A stretch of 64,000 bases of DNA from Octopus sinensis. Its lineage: Eukaryota. Under the pieces are notes generated by a model. That model worked only from the letters and a program-made list of their open reading frames with translations, was not told the origin of the DNA and did no database searches. Positions 38,442 to 51,210 of the stretch are shown piece after piece. A program made the position numbers and the translations under genes. The stretch covers positions 111,786,001 through 111,850,000 of the forward strand of contig NC_043003.1 in NCBI RefSeq assembly GCF_006345805.1, given 5' to 3'. The number at the start of each line of letters is the position of its first letter. Positions within the stretch are counted from its first letter, which is position 1.

Positions 38442-39925
38442 CTTATATATATATATATATATATATATATCCTCACATACACACCACTACACATGCACAC
38501 ATGCCCGCACACATACACCCATGCACACACTTATAGCTACACACGCATATATGTATGTATGTGTGTGTGCATGTATATGTGTGCGCATGTGTGTGTGTAA
38601 GCATTTGAGTACGTTCTTTCGAAACATAATTTAATTATTTCGCGTCTCTTTATGTATTGCGGAAAATGAAAACGCCTAATTCTTCGAGAATTCAACTAAT
38701 TTTTAATTTATGTTGTCTATTAATGAATCTAATAGAATATCAAATACAATTATTTTCTTATTTACTATGTCTTTGAACATTTCAATCATGCTTTCCTATA
38801 TTTATTTATTTATTAGGAAATTGTAACATAGTTAGTTTCTGTAAAATGAATAATCTAATTTTAGTATTTCATTAACTATTAAACGAGGCGGTGAATTGAA
38901 AAAGACCAAAATCACATTATTACATTGCAATTTTGCAAGATGATAAAAATAATAATTTCAGACAAATGCAAATATATTCCGCAATCATCCACGTATATCA
39001 TTGGCTTTCATAGCATTTCAATATGGAAAAAAATCTAAAAGAAAATTAAGCCATATTTTTAAACGTAACAAATATTTAATTAAAAATATGACATTTTTCT
39101 GATCACCTGTGTAAACATGATTCTTATATATGTAATTTATTGCAAGTAATATGAAAAAAAAAATTGAGATGGATCGCTAATTCAATTTTGAATTTAAAAA
39201 ATCATGTCTTGATAAATTCCTATATAGCAGGAAAATATTATTAATTCAAATCTTAAAGTAATTTGTGCTTCATCTTTGAGATGTAATATTTTTAATGTCT
39301 AAAATTTGCTATATAAGCTATTTTTGCAATCAACTGAGATACTACATGCTGCATTCATTCCAGTGATATTGGAACAGATAAATCTTGTCAAATATTTTCG
39401 AATTAGACTGTAGTTCCTTTGCGAGGAATTATGAAATTTAATTATCCGAAGAAGTGGTAAGACTCATTTCTTTGTCAAACACTCGCCGGATTAATAGGAA
39501 CAAGTGAGCGCATCATTCATTTTTAGAGCTGTTATTAGCCTATTGCTAACACTTAGGAAGACAGGAGAGACAGGTAAACCACTACTATCCGAATCGAGAA
39601 AGAGGTAACGTTCTATTCAAGCCTTTCTTAGTTGGTGTAGCGATCTGTCTTGTTGATTTCCGTAATGAACGAGATTTCGGCCTGTTATGTGTCGTGTCGA
39701 AATCAGCGGCCCAAAAGCTGTCGTCGCTGGCTCAGCACGCATCCTTGTCTTGCAGTTGCTGCGTTCTTTCTTGCATCCGGGGCTGCAGTGTCGTCTACCT
39801 CCCGACAGAGGAACATTGTCTCGTCCGAGACAGTCGGATGATATTTTAATAAATCTCTAAAATAATTTTAAAAGCACTACACTTTTTCAGCCCATGAAAT
39901 CAACTGTCCTATGTAAACATATATA

Positions 39926-41167
39926 CAGGGTACGTTGGGTATTTCAGGAATACGTTTATGGGGTCATTGCCGCATGTTTGATAACTCTGCATAATCTTTG
40001 TTTCAGAAAATAATAATGGCAGACCCTCAGCTTACTCAAGAAATGAAGAGGAATGCTGTTATTGTGGTTATAAAGGCTGGGCTTAGAAATATCTCGATTT
40101 TTAAAAGTTGCTAGATCTTTCGTCTACAAAGTTTGTGAGAAGCTAGAAACAGAAGATGGAAAATGTATCACCCGTATCAAAGCATAAAAGGCATTCTAAA
40201 TGCTCTGAAATCATCAGAACACGTGAATTTATCCAGCAAGTTCAACAGATCATAGATTACAATTCTAGAATGTTCATACGAAAGATCTCCATGTGTCAGA
40301 AGTAACAGTCAAAAATGTTGTCCACGAAGACATCAGATATAAGTCTTATATGATGAGGAAATGTCAATTTGTCCGAAAAAGCAAAAGAGAATCACTAAAT
40401 CAGATCAAAAAGGCTGAAACACAAACAGAAAAATCTAGCAGAAGAAGATTTTATTTGGTTTTCCTTAAACGAGAAAAATATTCGACCAAGGTCAAAAAGT
40501 TAACAGGAAAAAATTACAGACGTTTATGTGCAGAACCTTCTGATGTTCCAAGTATTATTCATACAAAATTCCCTGCAGCTGTCATGGTTTTAGTGGTTGT
40601 CAGCAATGAAGAACACGCGATGCCTTCTTACTTCTTTCCATAAGGTCTTAGAGTTAACTCTGCTGCCTACATTGAAATCCTGGAAATAATTGTTAAGCCC
40701 TGGATAGACATTGTAAGCAATGGAAGGCCATATGTGTTTCAGTAAAACTCTGCACTGTTACACATGGTTCTAGTAACACAGGAATGGATGGCTGAATATT
40801 TTTATGATCACACAACCCCTAACATTTGACCTCCGAATTCCCTAGATTTCAATCCGTTGGACTCTTTCATGTGGATCGTCGTCGAGAGATGTCAATGAAC
40901 ACGCCCATAATACCAACGATTCTTTGACAGCTGACATAGTCAGAGTAATGGCTAAAATGAACCAGGACCACTTGATTCGAGCAAGTAGATGATATAGATC
41001 TCCCATGGAAGCAGTTGTTGAAGCTGAAGGTGGCTTTATTGAATAACATTATAGAAAAGGTTTATTTTTATACTCATAGAAGTTTTTGATAATAAAGTTA
41101 TTATCTGTTATTATATATCTGTCTCCTTTTTATAGACATAAATCTGTCCTGAAATACCTTACGTACC

Positions 41168-41170
<3 letters not shown>
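39926..41170 (+). mobile_element. Full-length Tc1/mariner DD37D (maT-like) transposon with a dead transposase
   Basis: TIRs CAGGGTACGTTGGGTATTTCAGGA / TCCTGAAATACCTTACGTACCCTG with TA TSDs (39924-25, 41171-72). Transposase remnant MADPQ...KFPAAVMVLVVVSNE...YVFQ*NSA...PPNSLDFNPLD...EAEGGFIE*, with 37 residues between the second (mutated to N) and third catalytic D positions. Confidence 0.93.
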
Positions 41171-41242
<72 letters not shown>

Positions 41243-41431
41243 ATATATATACATATATATATATATACATACATTTACATATATATGTGTGTGTGTGAGT
41301 GTGTGTATGTATTATGTATGTATGTGTATGTATGTATACATGTATGCATGCATGTATGTATGCATGCATGTATGTATGCATACATGTATGTATGCATGCA
41401 TGTAAACATGTATGTGTGTATGAATGTATAT

Positions 41432-41685
41432 GCACATGGCTTAGTAGTTAAGCTGTTTCACTCACGATTGCGATATCGTGGGTTCGATTCCCAAAACCGT
41501 GCGTTGCATTGTGCTCTTGGTCAAAGCACCACATTTCACGTTGCTCTGCGGTCATTTCGGCATCTGACATGTGGCACCATTTGCACCTGCACAGGTAATG
41601 TCGATTTGATGGAGGGATTGAGGTTATGTGTACACAAACATTTGATCACTATAAACAAATCATTTGTGTGGTTGTTCGCTAAGAA
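41432..41685 (+). mobile_element. tRNA-derived SINE, family-B-like head
   Basis: TGGCTTAGTAG A-box, GGGTTCGATTCC B-box, CTTGGTCAAAGCAC core. Confidence 0.6.
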
Positions 41686-41879
41686 ATTTAATTCTTTATT
41701 AATCACTAGGACCGACACAGAGGGACAATTCAGGACAGATAAGAATAATTATGAGTCTCAACAAGGGTGAATGGGTGGATGGAAAAACAAAATGAAAAGA
41801 AATACCAAAATAAAAATTAGGCGTGGCGTAATAATGAGACAACAAGATGAAATGTTGAGCGTGGAGACCGCACAAGCCA

Positions 41880-43185
41880 TGACCCTGCAATGCTCTGACA
41901 CAGGAGATTCGGTAGTACGTTCAAGTTGGCCACATTGATGCTCAGCGATCGCGCCCCTTGCATCCATCTAGTCTTGAACACACGCGGGGATAACATTGCT
42001 CTCTCTCTCTCTCTCTCTCTCGCCTCATTTTTCTTTTGAGGTGGTATGTGAAATAGTTTATTAAACCCTGACCAGCGAAAAAGTTACCCGTTTTAATACC
42101 ATTCACGATCGTCAACCACACGGCCTCTTTAGCTATAGCCACCAAGCAGAGAAAAGTTGCCTACCTTTGCTGGCTAAGAGGAGGAGGTGGAACAATCTTG
42201 ATGATGGACTCAGTTCAGGACTGTACTCCTCCCAGACGCGACCACAGGTGTTCTACGTAATCCCATAGATCCAAAATCAACGGACACTCTATATCAGAGT
42301 GCTGATTTCCTCTTGTTTCATAGCACAAAGCAACCTTCGTGTTCGGCTTTGAGGTTTTCGTCGAGGGCTAATCTTGTCGCCAGCACATTTGAAGCATTAC
42401 CAGATTTTGTATCTCTTCTAATGTGCTAAGTCTCTTTCTTTTCTATTTTTTCTAATGCTAAAAGTTTGCTATATCTTCGTGACTTAAATTTAATGGTTCA
42501 TTTTAGGGCATAACAACAGTTGTTATTGATAATGGCTCCTGTTAATGCCTTTCTCACTAATTCTCTAATCCGGTTACTGGCAGCTTGGCACGCCAGTAGT
42601 GATGTGTTTAGCTTCCTGTAATATAAAATCTGTCCATGTCAAGCTTCCAAATCACAAACATGTGATCGACATAGCTGATGATCTGAAAATGTGGCCAACT
42701 AACGCTAAAGTTATTACCTAACCTAAGGCATAATTTAAGTAGGATCTTGGAGACCCAGAGCTGTTGGTTAATGTCCCGATAGAAGCATCCGGATAATCCA
42801 TTCTAGACCTATCACCCAGTTGAAAGCGACTGAGCAGGTTATTGAGGCAGGCATTCCATTTTCTATTTGGAATTGAGACAACACAATCCTCACGTGCATC
42901 TAGGATTGTGTTAAAGTTACCTGCACTCACTAACGCGCGTGACGTCTAAAGGAAAGCCTTTTTTCCATTTCCTCTTGGCTGCCTGCTTGAAGACATGTAG
43001 ATATAATAACCATCGAAGGGGGCCAATAGAGCTTGTGACCCGGTCAGCCTAGTTTCACTGGTGACTACGACTCCCAAATCCCATGACCACAGATTGTTTA
43101 ACAGGCATGCTTGCTTCCATTATGATCCCAGGCTACGCACATCACACTGCAAAGCTAGAACGAAACCATGAAGAATAGAATTACT
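41880..43185 (-). mobile_element. Tx1/L1-like LINE ORF2 with the RT domain internally deleted (APE, linker and C-terminus retained)
   Basis: APE: DVRSLGS...VVVTSETRL...GNFNTILD..D...LLSRFQLGDR..DYP...TLTNSSGS.RSYL; C-terminus: CPLILDLWDYVE...ESIIKIVPPP...FLCLVAIAKEAVW...LINYFTYHLKRKMR. No YxDD region lies between them. Confidence 0.7.
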
Positions 43186-43199
43186 TACTTACTTGGATA

Positions 43200-43790
43200 T
43201 GGGGGGGGGGCTGTGGATTTATCCTCCCCTCTCGATGTTCTTGTGTGGGGTTCTTGGTTGAGTTTTGGAAATTTGGGAGGGGTGTAGATTTATCCTCCCA
43301 TCCCATTGTGGCATGTGGAGCGTCGTTGATTAAGATCCTGTAAATATGTTTGGTAAAATTTAATCGTAATGTTCCAATGTCATTAGGATATTTTTCTCTT
43401 AGTTCCGAGTACGAATGACAGTCAAGCTTTATTAACTGGATGTGTTCAGCAATTTGTGAATGTGAGGGGAGATGCGGGGATTTTCATTTATGTGTTCTGT
43501 TAATTGTGTGTTTGTTTGTTTTGATTGCCGTGATGTTGATGACAGATTCTGGAGTATGAGGTCCAAGTGTGGGGGTCTTGTATTTTAGTGTGTCTGTGGG
43601 GCGGTGGGAGTCGGGGAAGCGTTTATTATTTTCCTTCATTTCTTAGCCGCCATATCTTCCCATTCTTATTCTGTTGTGGGGTTGTCTTGCGTTTTTGTGG
43701 TAGTGTTTGTGCTGCTTGGTGTGGAGTTTTGTCTGTTGGTGTTATCCGTGGGGGTCGTACTCGTTTTGGTGTCCGAGGTGTCCATGTGTA
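43200..43790 (-). mobile_element. Possible LINE ORF1 (gag-like) remnant
   Basis: C/A-rich minus strand with a long stop-poor frame (MDTSDTK...LDLILQNLS...QLTEHINENPR...) lying upstream of the Tx1-like ORF2. No diagnostic motif recognised. Confidence 0.3.
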
Positions 43791-43794
43791 TCAG

Positions 43795-45570
43795 TATTGC
43801 TGACAATGTGGCTAAACTATTTATCGTATGTTGGGATTAGAGACTGAAAGAGAAATTATGAGAGAACTCAATATACCTAAACATGCACACCTGCTACGTG
43901 GATGATATCAACATAGTAGCCAGTTCACCCCTAAAAGATAATGTCGATGATCTTGATGCGAACACTATGGAGGACACCCAACAAATAGCTAACTCTATCC
44001 ACCAGAAATAACGATTGCCTACCTTAGTAAGTAACCTAAATATAGATTACCCGTTTTAGACACTGAACTCTGGCTAGAATCGAAGAACGTAAGGTCCAAG
44101 TCCTTTACACTATTTACGCCAAACCCATGGTTTCTAAGTACCTATTTTCAAAAGAACGCAGTTATTGCGAACAACGTCAAGTTCGAAATTCTGATAGCTG
44201 ACATGGTGAAGGTGCTGAGGAAGGTGTCTCGCATCTGTGGCCCTATGGAATTTGAAAGACACATACAATACTTCTTCTACCGCATGCAGTTCTCTGGCTA
44301 CAACCAAAGGGACAGGAATAGAGTGTACAAAGGAGCCATGACTAGGTAGAAAGCCATCATAGACACTGATGCTTAAGGGGATGTGTCCGCTATGCGACAG
44401 TAAATTCTGGAACAGCAACAGAGAGGCATGGTGTCCCTTTAAAATCCCTGATCTGCAATACCTGTGCTTTTGATAAGACACCGTGTTCGGAGTACAATTG
44501 CGTTGTATGTAGGATGAAACCACTGGTTAATTATAAGTGTAGGAATGTAGTGTATAGCTTACGATGAAGTGAGTGCCGGTGCAGAAATATGACAACTACC
44601 TACTTGGAGAGACTAGGAGAGAGTATAGGTGACATTGACGAGAGCTCACAAAAGGGAAACGCTCGCCAGTGCTCTACCAAACGGCTCAGGCAAAACACCG
44701 AGGCTCGATTGATAATATTGTGGTTAAAATACTATCGACATAAAACTGACACGACACTTAGACAGATTACAGAGGCAACCCACATAACAGTAGACAGACC
44801 AAGACTCTGTAGAAGACACGAATGGAACAGTAACACCCACCAGCACACTACATCACATAACTAAAGACAGTAAGGATGAGAAGAGAGAGGGAAAGGAAAA
44901 AACTGCAAAGAGTAGACAGAAATATATACAATAGACATACATGCACTTATGTGTGATACTTATGAGAAATAGAGATAGATATATATATAAATAAGTAAAT
45001 TAATAAATATATAAATAGATAAATAGATATATAAAAATATCTGTGAGATACCTGTGATAGACAAAAATAGACAAAATATATTAATAAATCTATATAAAAG
45101 ACATTGATACAAGCGAAGTGAACCCATACACAAATAAGACGGTCAGCAGCAGCGGTAGTGCCAAGGATGGCAATAACATCGACTAGTATCACAATGTCAA
45201 CGCCGCAGGCTAACTCACATACACAGAGAAATAGAAAAAGTGCAGCACAATGGGGTGAGAGGATGATGCTGAGGGGAATGTCACACTGCTACTAAAATTA
45301 ACACACACACACACACACACAAACACTAGCATAAACACGCACATACACACCTACGTAGACACACACAAGGACACAAACGCACGTGCAAACAAGGATACAC
45401 ATCTTAGAAGAACAGAATGAAGTAAGTGGAGCAAGAACACACACGTAAACAAAAAGTGTCACTGAAGGCGTCACAGGTGTGTGGCGAAAGATTTCCGGGC
45501 AATGGGCATGACTTATAATAATAAAATGAGAACAGTAATAAAGGTGTATGTGTTTATTTGGCCAAAACAA
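43795..45570 (+). mobile_element. Penelope-like element, 5'-truncated: RT remnant, GIY-YIG and 3' region with a hammerhead motif
   Basis: YVDD at 43895-43906, LPVLD, YAKPM, RMQFSGY, then NCVVC...VVYSLR...RQITEATHI; same family as 24705-26330. Confidence 0.85.
45459..45498 (+). ncRNA. PLE-associated hammerhead-like motif (CUGAAGA changed to CUGAAGG)
   Basis: UCA-CUGAAGG-C-GUCACA(GGUG)UGUGGC-GAAA-GAUUUC-CGG; homologous to 26231-26270. Confidence 0.5.
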
Positions 45571-45594
45571 TGACCATCCCGAAATACAATCTAA

Positions 45595-45626
<32 letters not shown>

Positions 45627-45638
45627 TATATATATATT

Positions 45639-45681
<43 letters not shown>

Positions 45682-47834
45682 AGAAATGAGGTACTCAGAA
45701 TCTGGATGGTTTATATTTACAGATATTTATCAGTATGCTACATGTTTTTAAAAATCATATATAATATTATAGCGCTTTCGTCCACCCTAGTGGAGTTCTC
45801 AAATTGAACTTTTTCAGGAATTTTGATTCAAAATTCCTGCAAGAGTTCAAGCGCTAATTCTGCTAATATATATTACATGTACATCATCTCCAAACCTACT
45901 TATATATATATGTATATATATATATATATGCGGAGAAGGGTGCATCAATGAGATATTATGAGATATCGTGTGATATTTTGAATGAAAGGAAAAATTATTC
46001 TGTATTTGACTAAAAATACATCTTTCCTTTCGACATAGATCTAAGATTCTTGTATACAGTAATTATTGAGGCGCATAGCTACTCACCCATACATTGTACC
46101 ACAAAAATGCCCATGCATACAAGCACATCCATATGTAATTATTTATATAATTCGATTTAAATTCATAGTGCATGAATAATTACTTTTAGTTAGAACTTCA
46201 TCCTTATAATTGCATATCCAAACGGAAAACTATGAGCAGGACATTTGCTATAGACCAAATTTCATGGTCTCACGAACTCTATTTGTATAGGTCACAAAGT
46301 ACATATAGAAAAGAGAATACATCAGGATGTTTTGTTCTTATTACGTGAACAAATTCTTACATCTAATGTATGTATGTATGTATGTATGTATGTATGTGTT
46401 GAATTTTCTCTCCTATCTTTTTTGAAATTTCTTAGATACAGAACATCTTGCATACGCACATAAATGACGTATGCACAAATCAACAAAAATATCTGATGCT
46501 CTTTTTTTCTTTTTTTCTCTAATTATTTTTCCGAATTAATTCAATATCATGTTTTCAGTTTTGTATATGGTGTTTGTTTTTTTTGTTATTGTGCCTATAT
46601 TTATTTTGTATTTCTTTTTGATAAGGAAAGCATTAAAAGAGGAGAGATGTAATGAGAATCTAGGAAAGAGAGAAATAAACATGTGAATGGAATTATACGA
46701 CTGAGCGGGAGAAAAATACAGAGATAGATTGCGTGTGGTAGAGATACAGACTGACATAGAGAAAGGGAGAGAGAAAGACAGACACTCAGACAGATACAAG
46801 CAGATAGGCAGACAGACAGATAGAGAGAGTGTGTGTGTTATATATGTGAATTTGGGTTGGGAGTAAAAAAATTATGTTAATGACAAATTAAGGTGAAAAG
46901 CAAAATTTATGTCGGAAAATGAATTGAACGTGGATCACATTTATCTTTATTTCTGTCTATGAATGAATCAATGAAACATCAACTGGGAAAACGGAGCGTG
47001 TTGTGTAGCTGAGGTAAGACGGAGAAAGGATAATAAGAATGCTTAAATGTGTGCAATCGATATTGGCGCACGATTATATAACAGACAGGTGACATTTGAT
47101 GAGATGGAAAGGATCGTATTTAAAATTAATCAGTTCTATCTTTGCAAATAGATTCAGACCAGTTCCTAGTCACCTAGTCAATTGTGATCAATCTGATTAG
47201 CTAATTAAAATAGCAAGCAATAAACGCATGAAATAATCACCAACTCATTTCTTACTTCCTTTCTTTCTCTATCATTTCGCATTGATCTAAATCTGTGTAT
47301 TTCTATATAGCGTTTTATATAGCGCTCTCTTGCCGCGTCTTGCTCTCAATATATTTTCCCTTTAATTCTCTGTATCATTATTTATCGACCTCTTTAACGT
47401 TGTGTATAGCTCTCCCTCTCTCCCTCTCTCTCTCTCTATCCGGCATTCGATTACTATTTCTTCCACCTTTTTGCATTTATGTGCTTACTCGTGTATTTGT
47501 GTGTGTGTGTGTGTGTGTGTGTTTGTGTGTGTTTCTATATAACGTTCTCATTATTTCAGTGTAGAGCTCGATATCTCACGCCGTTCTTTTTATCTTTCAT
47601 GAAACACATATATAGTTATAGGCGTAAGATATAGGAGTTACAAGCGACAAAGTGATATAGAAATTGGAGGAAATGTGGTAGAAAATACATCTCATCACTC
47701 AAATTTTCATACTCACTCGTCTCATTCTCATTCTTCTTCTTACTTTTATTTTTCTTCTTATTGTCATCATTTTCCATTTGAATTGCATTCTATTTCATCT
47801 TCTGACCGGGTCTCGACTGGAGACCTAAGACACG

Positions 47835-48225
47835 TGTATATTTAGATGGAGAGCAACGTGCTGAGGATATGAGCGTTTGATGTCAACATAATTTTTGGAG
47901 TCGTATAAATTGTTGGTTTCTCAGAAATCTGGTCCACAGATTTGTCAGTGCTTTTCTTCATCATTCCCATGGCACTTACAACAACAGAGAGGGTTTCGGT
48001 TTTTAATTCCACCACCCTCGATATCTCAATCTGAGATATTTCGACAGTTTTCAAATTCCTTTGTTGAGATGTTTGTAGCAATAGGCTCTTTCATTTCACT
48101 TAACAGCTATCTTCTTTGGGTTTTTCAAAAATCTAATGACAATATCTGTTGTGTTATCATTTATTTTCCTGAACATATTCTATATTCCCATTGGATGGTT
48201 GTTACTATTGTTGCTTCTGTTGTTG
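47835..48225 (-). mobile_element. R4/Dong-type LINE 3' fragment, diverged
   Basis: IEISRVVELKTETLSVVVSAMGMMKK...NAHILSTLLSI; abuts (ATT)n at 48230-48318. Confidence 0.7.
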
Positions 48226-48229
48226 TTGC

Positions 48230-48293
<64 letters not shown>

Positions 48294-48699
48294 ATTATTA
48301 TTATTATTATTATTATTGATTCGATAGTGCATGCTAATATAGTCAGCAGGTATTTTATCTCGAGGTTTCGTGACAACTCTCCTCGAGGGACGAAATACCG
48401 TTAAATATGTTGCCCGGCGTGCTAAAGAACGTGCAATTTCGCCTTCTGAACAAATACGGAAAATAGAAACGGTTTGTAATATTTTCAGTTTTTTGCATTC
48501 CTTTCTTCGGGTGAGAGAGCTGAGATCACCTGCCGGTCTAATGAGCATACTTCCATTTTGGTGCCGTTTTGTTATTGATATTTTTATCATAGTACTAGTT
48601 GCTATGCAGTGAGTTATATTAATATCAATAATTGCATTCGATATTCTAGATTCCAAACTAATTTGTAAGTGATCATTTCTGAAAACATGACGTGATTCT

Positions 48700-49350
48700 A
48701 CTCACCAGGCACAACCTAAATGTATTTATTAGAAGAATTCGTTCGTATGATCAAAATCAGACTTCTTATAATATTATTCTACGAATCCACCTTCAGCTCC
48801 GATGACTGTGATATTCCTGGAAAAGAATCGTTTACATACCTGCACTAAATGGTCCTTATTTATTTCGCATACCAGACAATGGCGGATTTCAGAAAAGCTG
48901 TAGCACTGTGAGAAGCAATGGTATTGTGAGAAGCTATGGTATATGGCATTGCTCCAAATGTAGCAATCCGTTGCTTCAATCGTAGCAAACTTTTGGATAT
49001 AAATCTGGTGAGTCTGGAAACAACAAGTTTTGCGTCACGTGAAAGTAAAGATTGTCTGACACCCATTCTTTAGATAGTTGGGATTTATTTAGAAGGTGTT
49101 GAGTGTTACTGAAAGACTTATAGGTCCACTGCATACTTCATTTGTCTTGGTCTAACAACCGTTCCCAACAATAGCAGCATAAATTCTAACATCCCTCAAA
49201 AAAGATGCCAGGAGCATGATATGACATTTGTTATACACTACACCTAAAACCATCACAGCTGGGGAAGCGTCTACACGTAACAATCTATCGTTTACTCTGT
49301 TAAACTCGTTGTCTTGGTCGAATCTTTCTTGTCAGAGAAGAGCCAATGCA
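48700..49350 (-). mobile_element. DD37D-like transposase fragment, decayed
   Basis: WLFSDKK...FPAVMVLGVV...QEWVSDNL...FPDSPDLYP...KDHLVQVCKRF...GAEGGFVE*; parallels 39926-41170. Confidence 0.7.
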
Positions 49351-49399
49351 TGCCATGTCATGAATGTTTTTAGCCCTGATAAGTATCCTCTTAGTATCA

Positions 49400-50700
49400 G
49401 CTAAACAGTTTTCTTGTGCCTTTGGAGATATAAATATACTTACATGTCATCAGTACATACGACTTCTGTCGAATGAGCTCGTGCAACATAGATTTTATAC
49501 TACATTGCAACAGCTGACATTCTTTGGTGATGGCTCTCAATGATTTTTAGGTATCATCATCGATAATGATTTGAAACTGTGCGAAGAATTGTGGTGTCCG
49601 TAGAATATTTTTTATCGTTGATTGAGTAGAAACATTCCCGCCAGTGGTTTAGAATCCCATCCGAACATTGTGTACTGAAGCTCCCGCACGTTTAAAATGT
49701 TGACATTTTCTAAATCATTGCGTTGCACACAAATAGTTACAACAACTGGATATCTTTTCATTTCATCTATTACTATTTCATCTATAATGAAAATTCCCAG
49801 AGTAATAAACTTCGTTTAATTTGTTTGAGGAGACAGAGTAGTATTCTGATAATTTAGTGTCTTCGATCATTCTTCGTGCCCTGTATATGATAATACTTGA
49901 CAAATTTTGTTTGTGTCGTTCTCGTTTTGCTTCCTATATTTCATTGTTGGTTTACTGGGGCAAATCCCACGTGATGCTGCTGTATTAAGAAGCTATAACC
50001 TCTCGCTTATTGTGATTGTGGCACAATTGTTCATGTACTTGGAATCCAATTTTCCTACTAACCACCAGAGTAATGTTTTACTACGATTTTACGTCTTCAT
50101 TTATATTGTGTCTTTCTATCATTTTATATCAGTCAGACTCTAAACAACTTAAGCGCTTGTTGAGTTTATGAGACATATGATGACGAGGGCAGCTCGCTTT
50201 TGCTTTCGTTTTTGCTTCTTTTTTTTCTTTTCACAATTTTGATCCAACGATTGTTGTTTATTTACTTTCTGCACGTTTATTCTTGCGCAGCCATAAAAAA
50301 GTATTTCCCTTTCTACTATCATTCAGTAAATAACATTGTTCCTCTCTTGCTGTGATTTCTGCTTGTATTAAACACGAATTGTTTAACTGTTCAATTACTT
50401 TTCTCTAAGCTAATGTTTGTCATTTTTTATGTTTCCAACATTGACCTTGGTGCCTGTATGTATAATCTACTCATCATTTCTAGTGCTTTCCTATCTTTCT
50501 ACGACTGTAATAAATGCATTGTAGATATTAGGACACGAAGCCCACTGACTTCTGTTCATTTTTTTTCCTTTGTCATATTCTTGCATGTATATAGCCAACT
50601 GATATTTCCTTAAAATGTAAGTCATTGTCCGCTATTTCCCGTGAGCTTATTTCTTTTCAACAGTTTGATTTCTAATTTGCTGTTACTAACGTCAGAAACA
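49400..50700 (-). mobile_element. Possible highly decayed RLE-type LINE fragment
   Basis: Only scattered hints (SRLYI, FFMAAQE, IIES..RMS) on the minus strand. Confidence 0.25.
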
Positions 50701-51006
50701 TTTCGAATTGAGAATCGGCAAAATATTGATTAAATCAACGATGTTATTTTCAAGTTATTTTGTCTCTAATGCGTCACAAAATATGCATTTATAATAAATA
50801 CTATGTATCATTCCATTCATACTTCTTGCCTCCGTTTTAATATTACCTCATCTGCGGTACAGGGTATAATCAGAAGATTACAAAGACATGTACAGCAGTG
50901 TTTGAAAGTGCTGGTCTTCTTTAAACAACCTTGCCCAGAATTGTGCCTCAAAGGGTAACTTTCTAGGTGCAATCTCATGGTCATTCATGAGCGAAGGGGG
51001 GTCACA

Positions 51007-51034
<28 letters not shown>

Positions 51035-51040
<6 letters not shown>

Positions 51041-51210
51041 GTATATTCGACTGACGTCTTTCAGTTTCTATCTACCAAAACCACTCACGAGGCTTTGGTC
51101 GGCCCAAAGCTACAGAGTAGAAAATACTTGTCCAAGGTTCTACACAGTGGAACTGAACCCGGAGCTGTGTGGTTGGGAAGCAAGATTCTTACCACGCATC
51201 CACGCCTGCG
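51035..51210 (-). mobile_element. SINE family A, 5' half
   Basis: Matches the reverse complement of 1463-1620 (GGTCGGCCCAAAGCTACAGAGTAGAAAATACTTGTCCAAGG...). Confidence 0.75.

Noticed and set aside
48876-49007. Exon-like 132-nt segment with a PPR-like peptide (KAVAL.EAMVYGIAPNV)
   Set aside because: All three + frames contain stops, and the minus strand is better explained as a DD37D transposase C-terminus.
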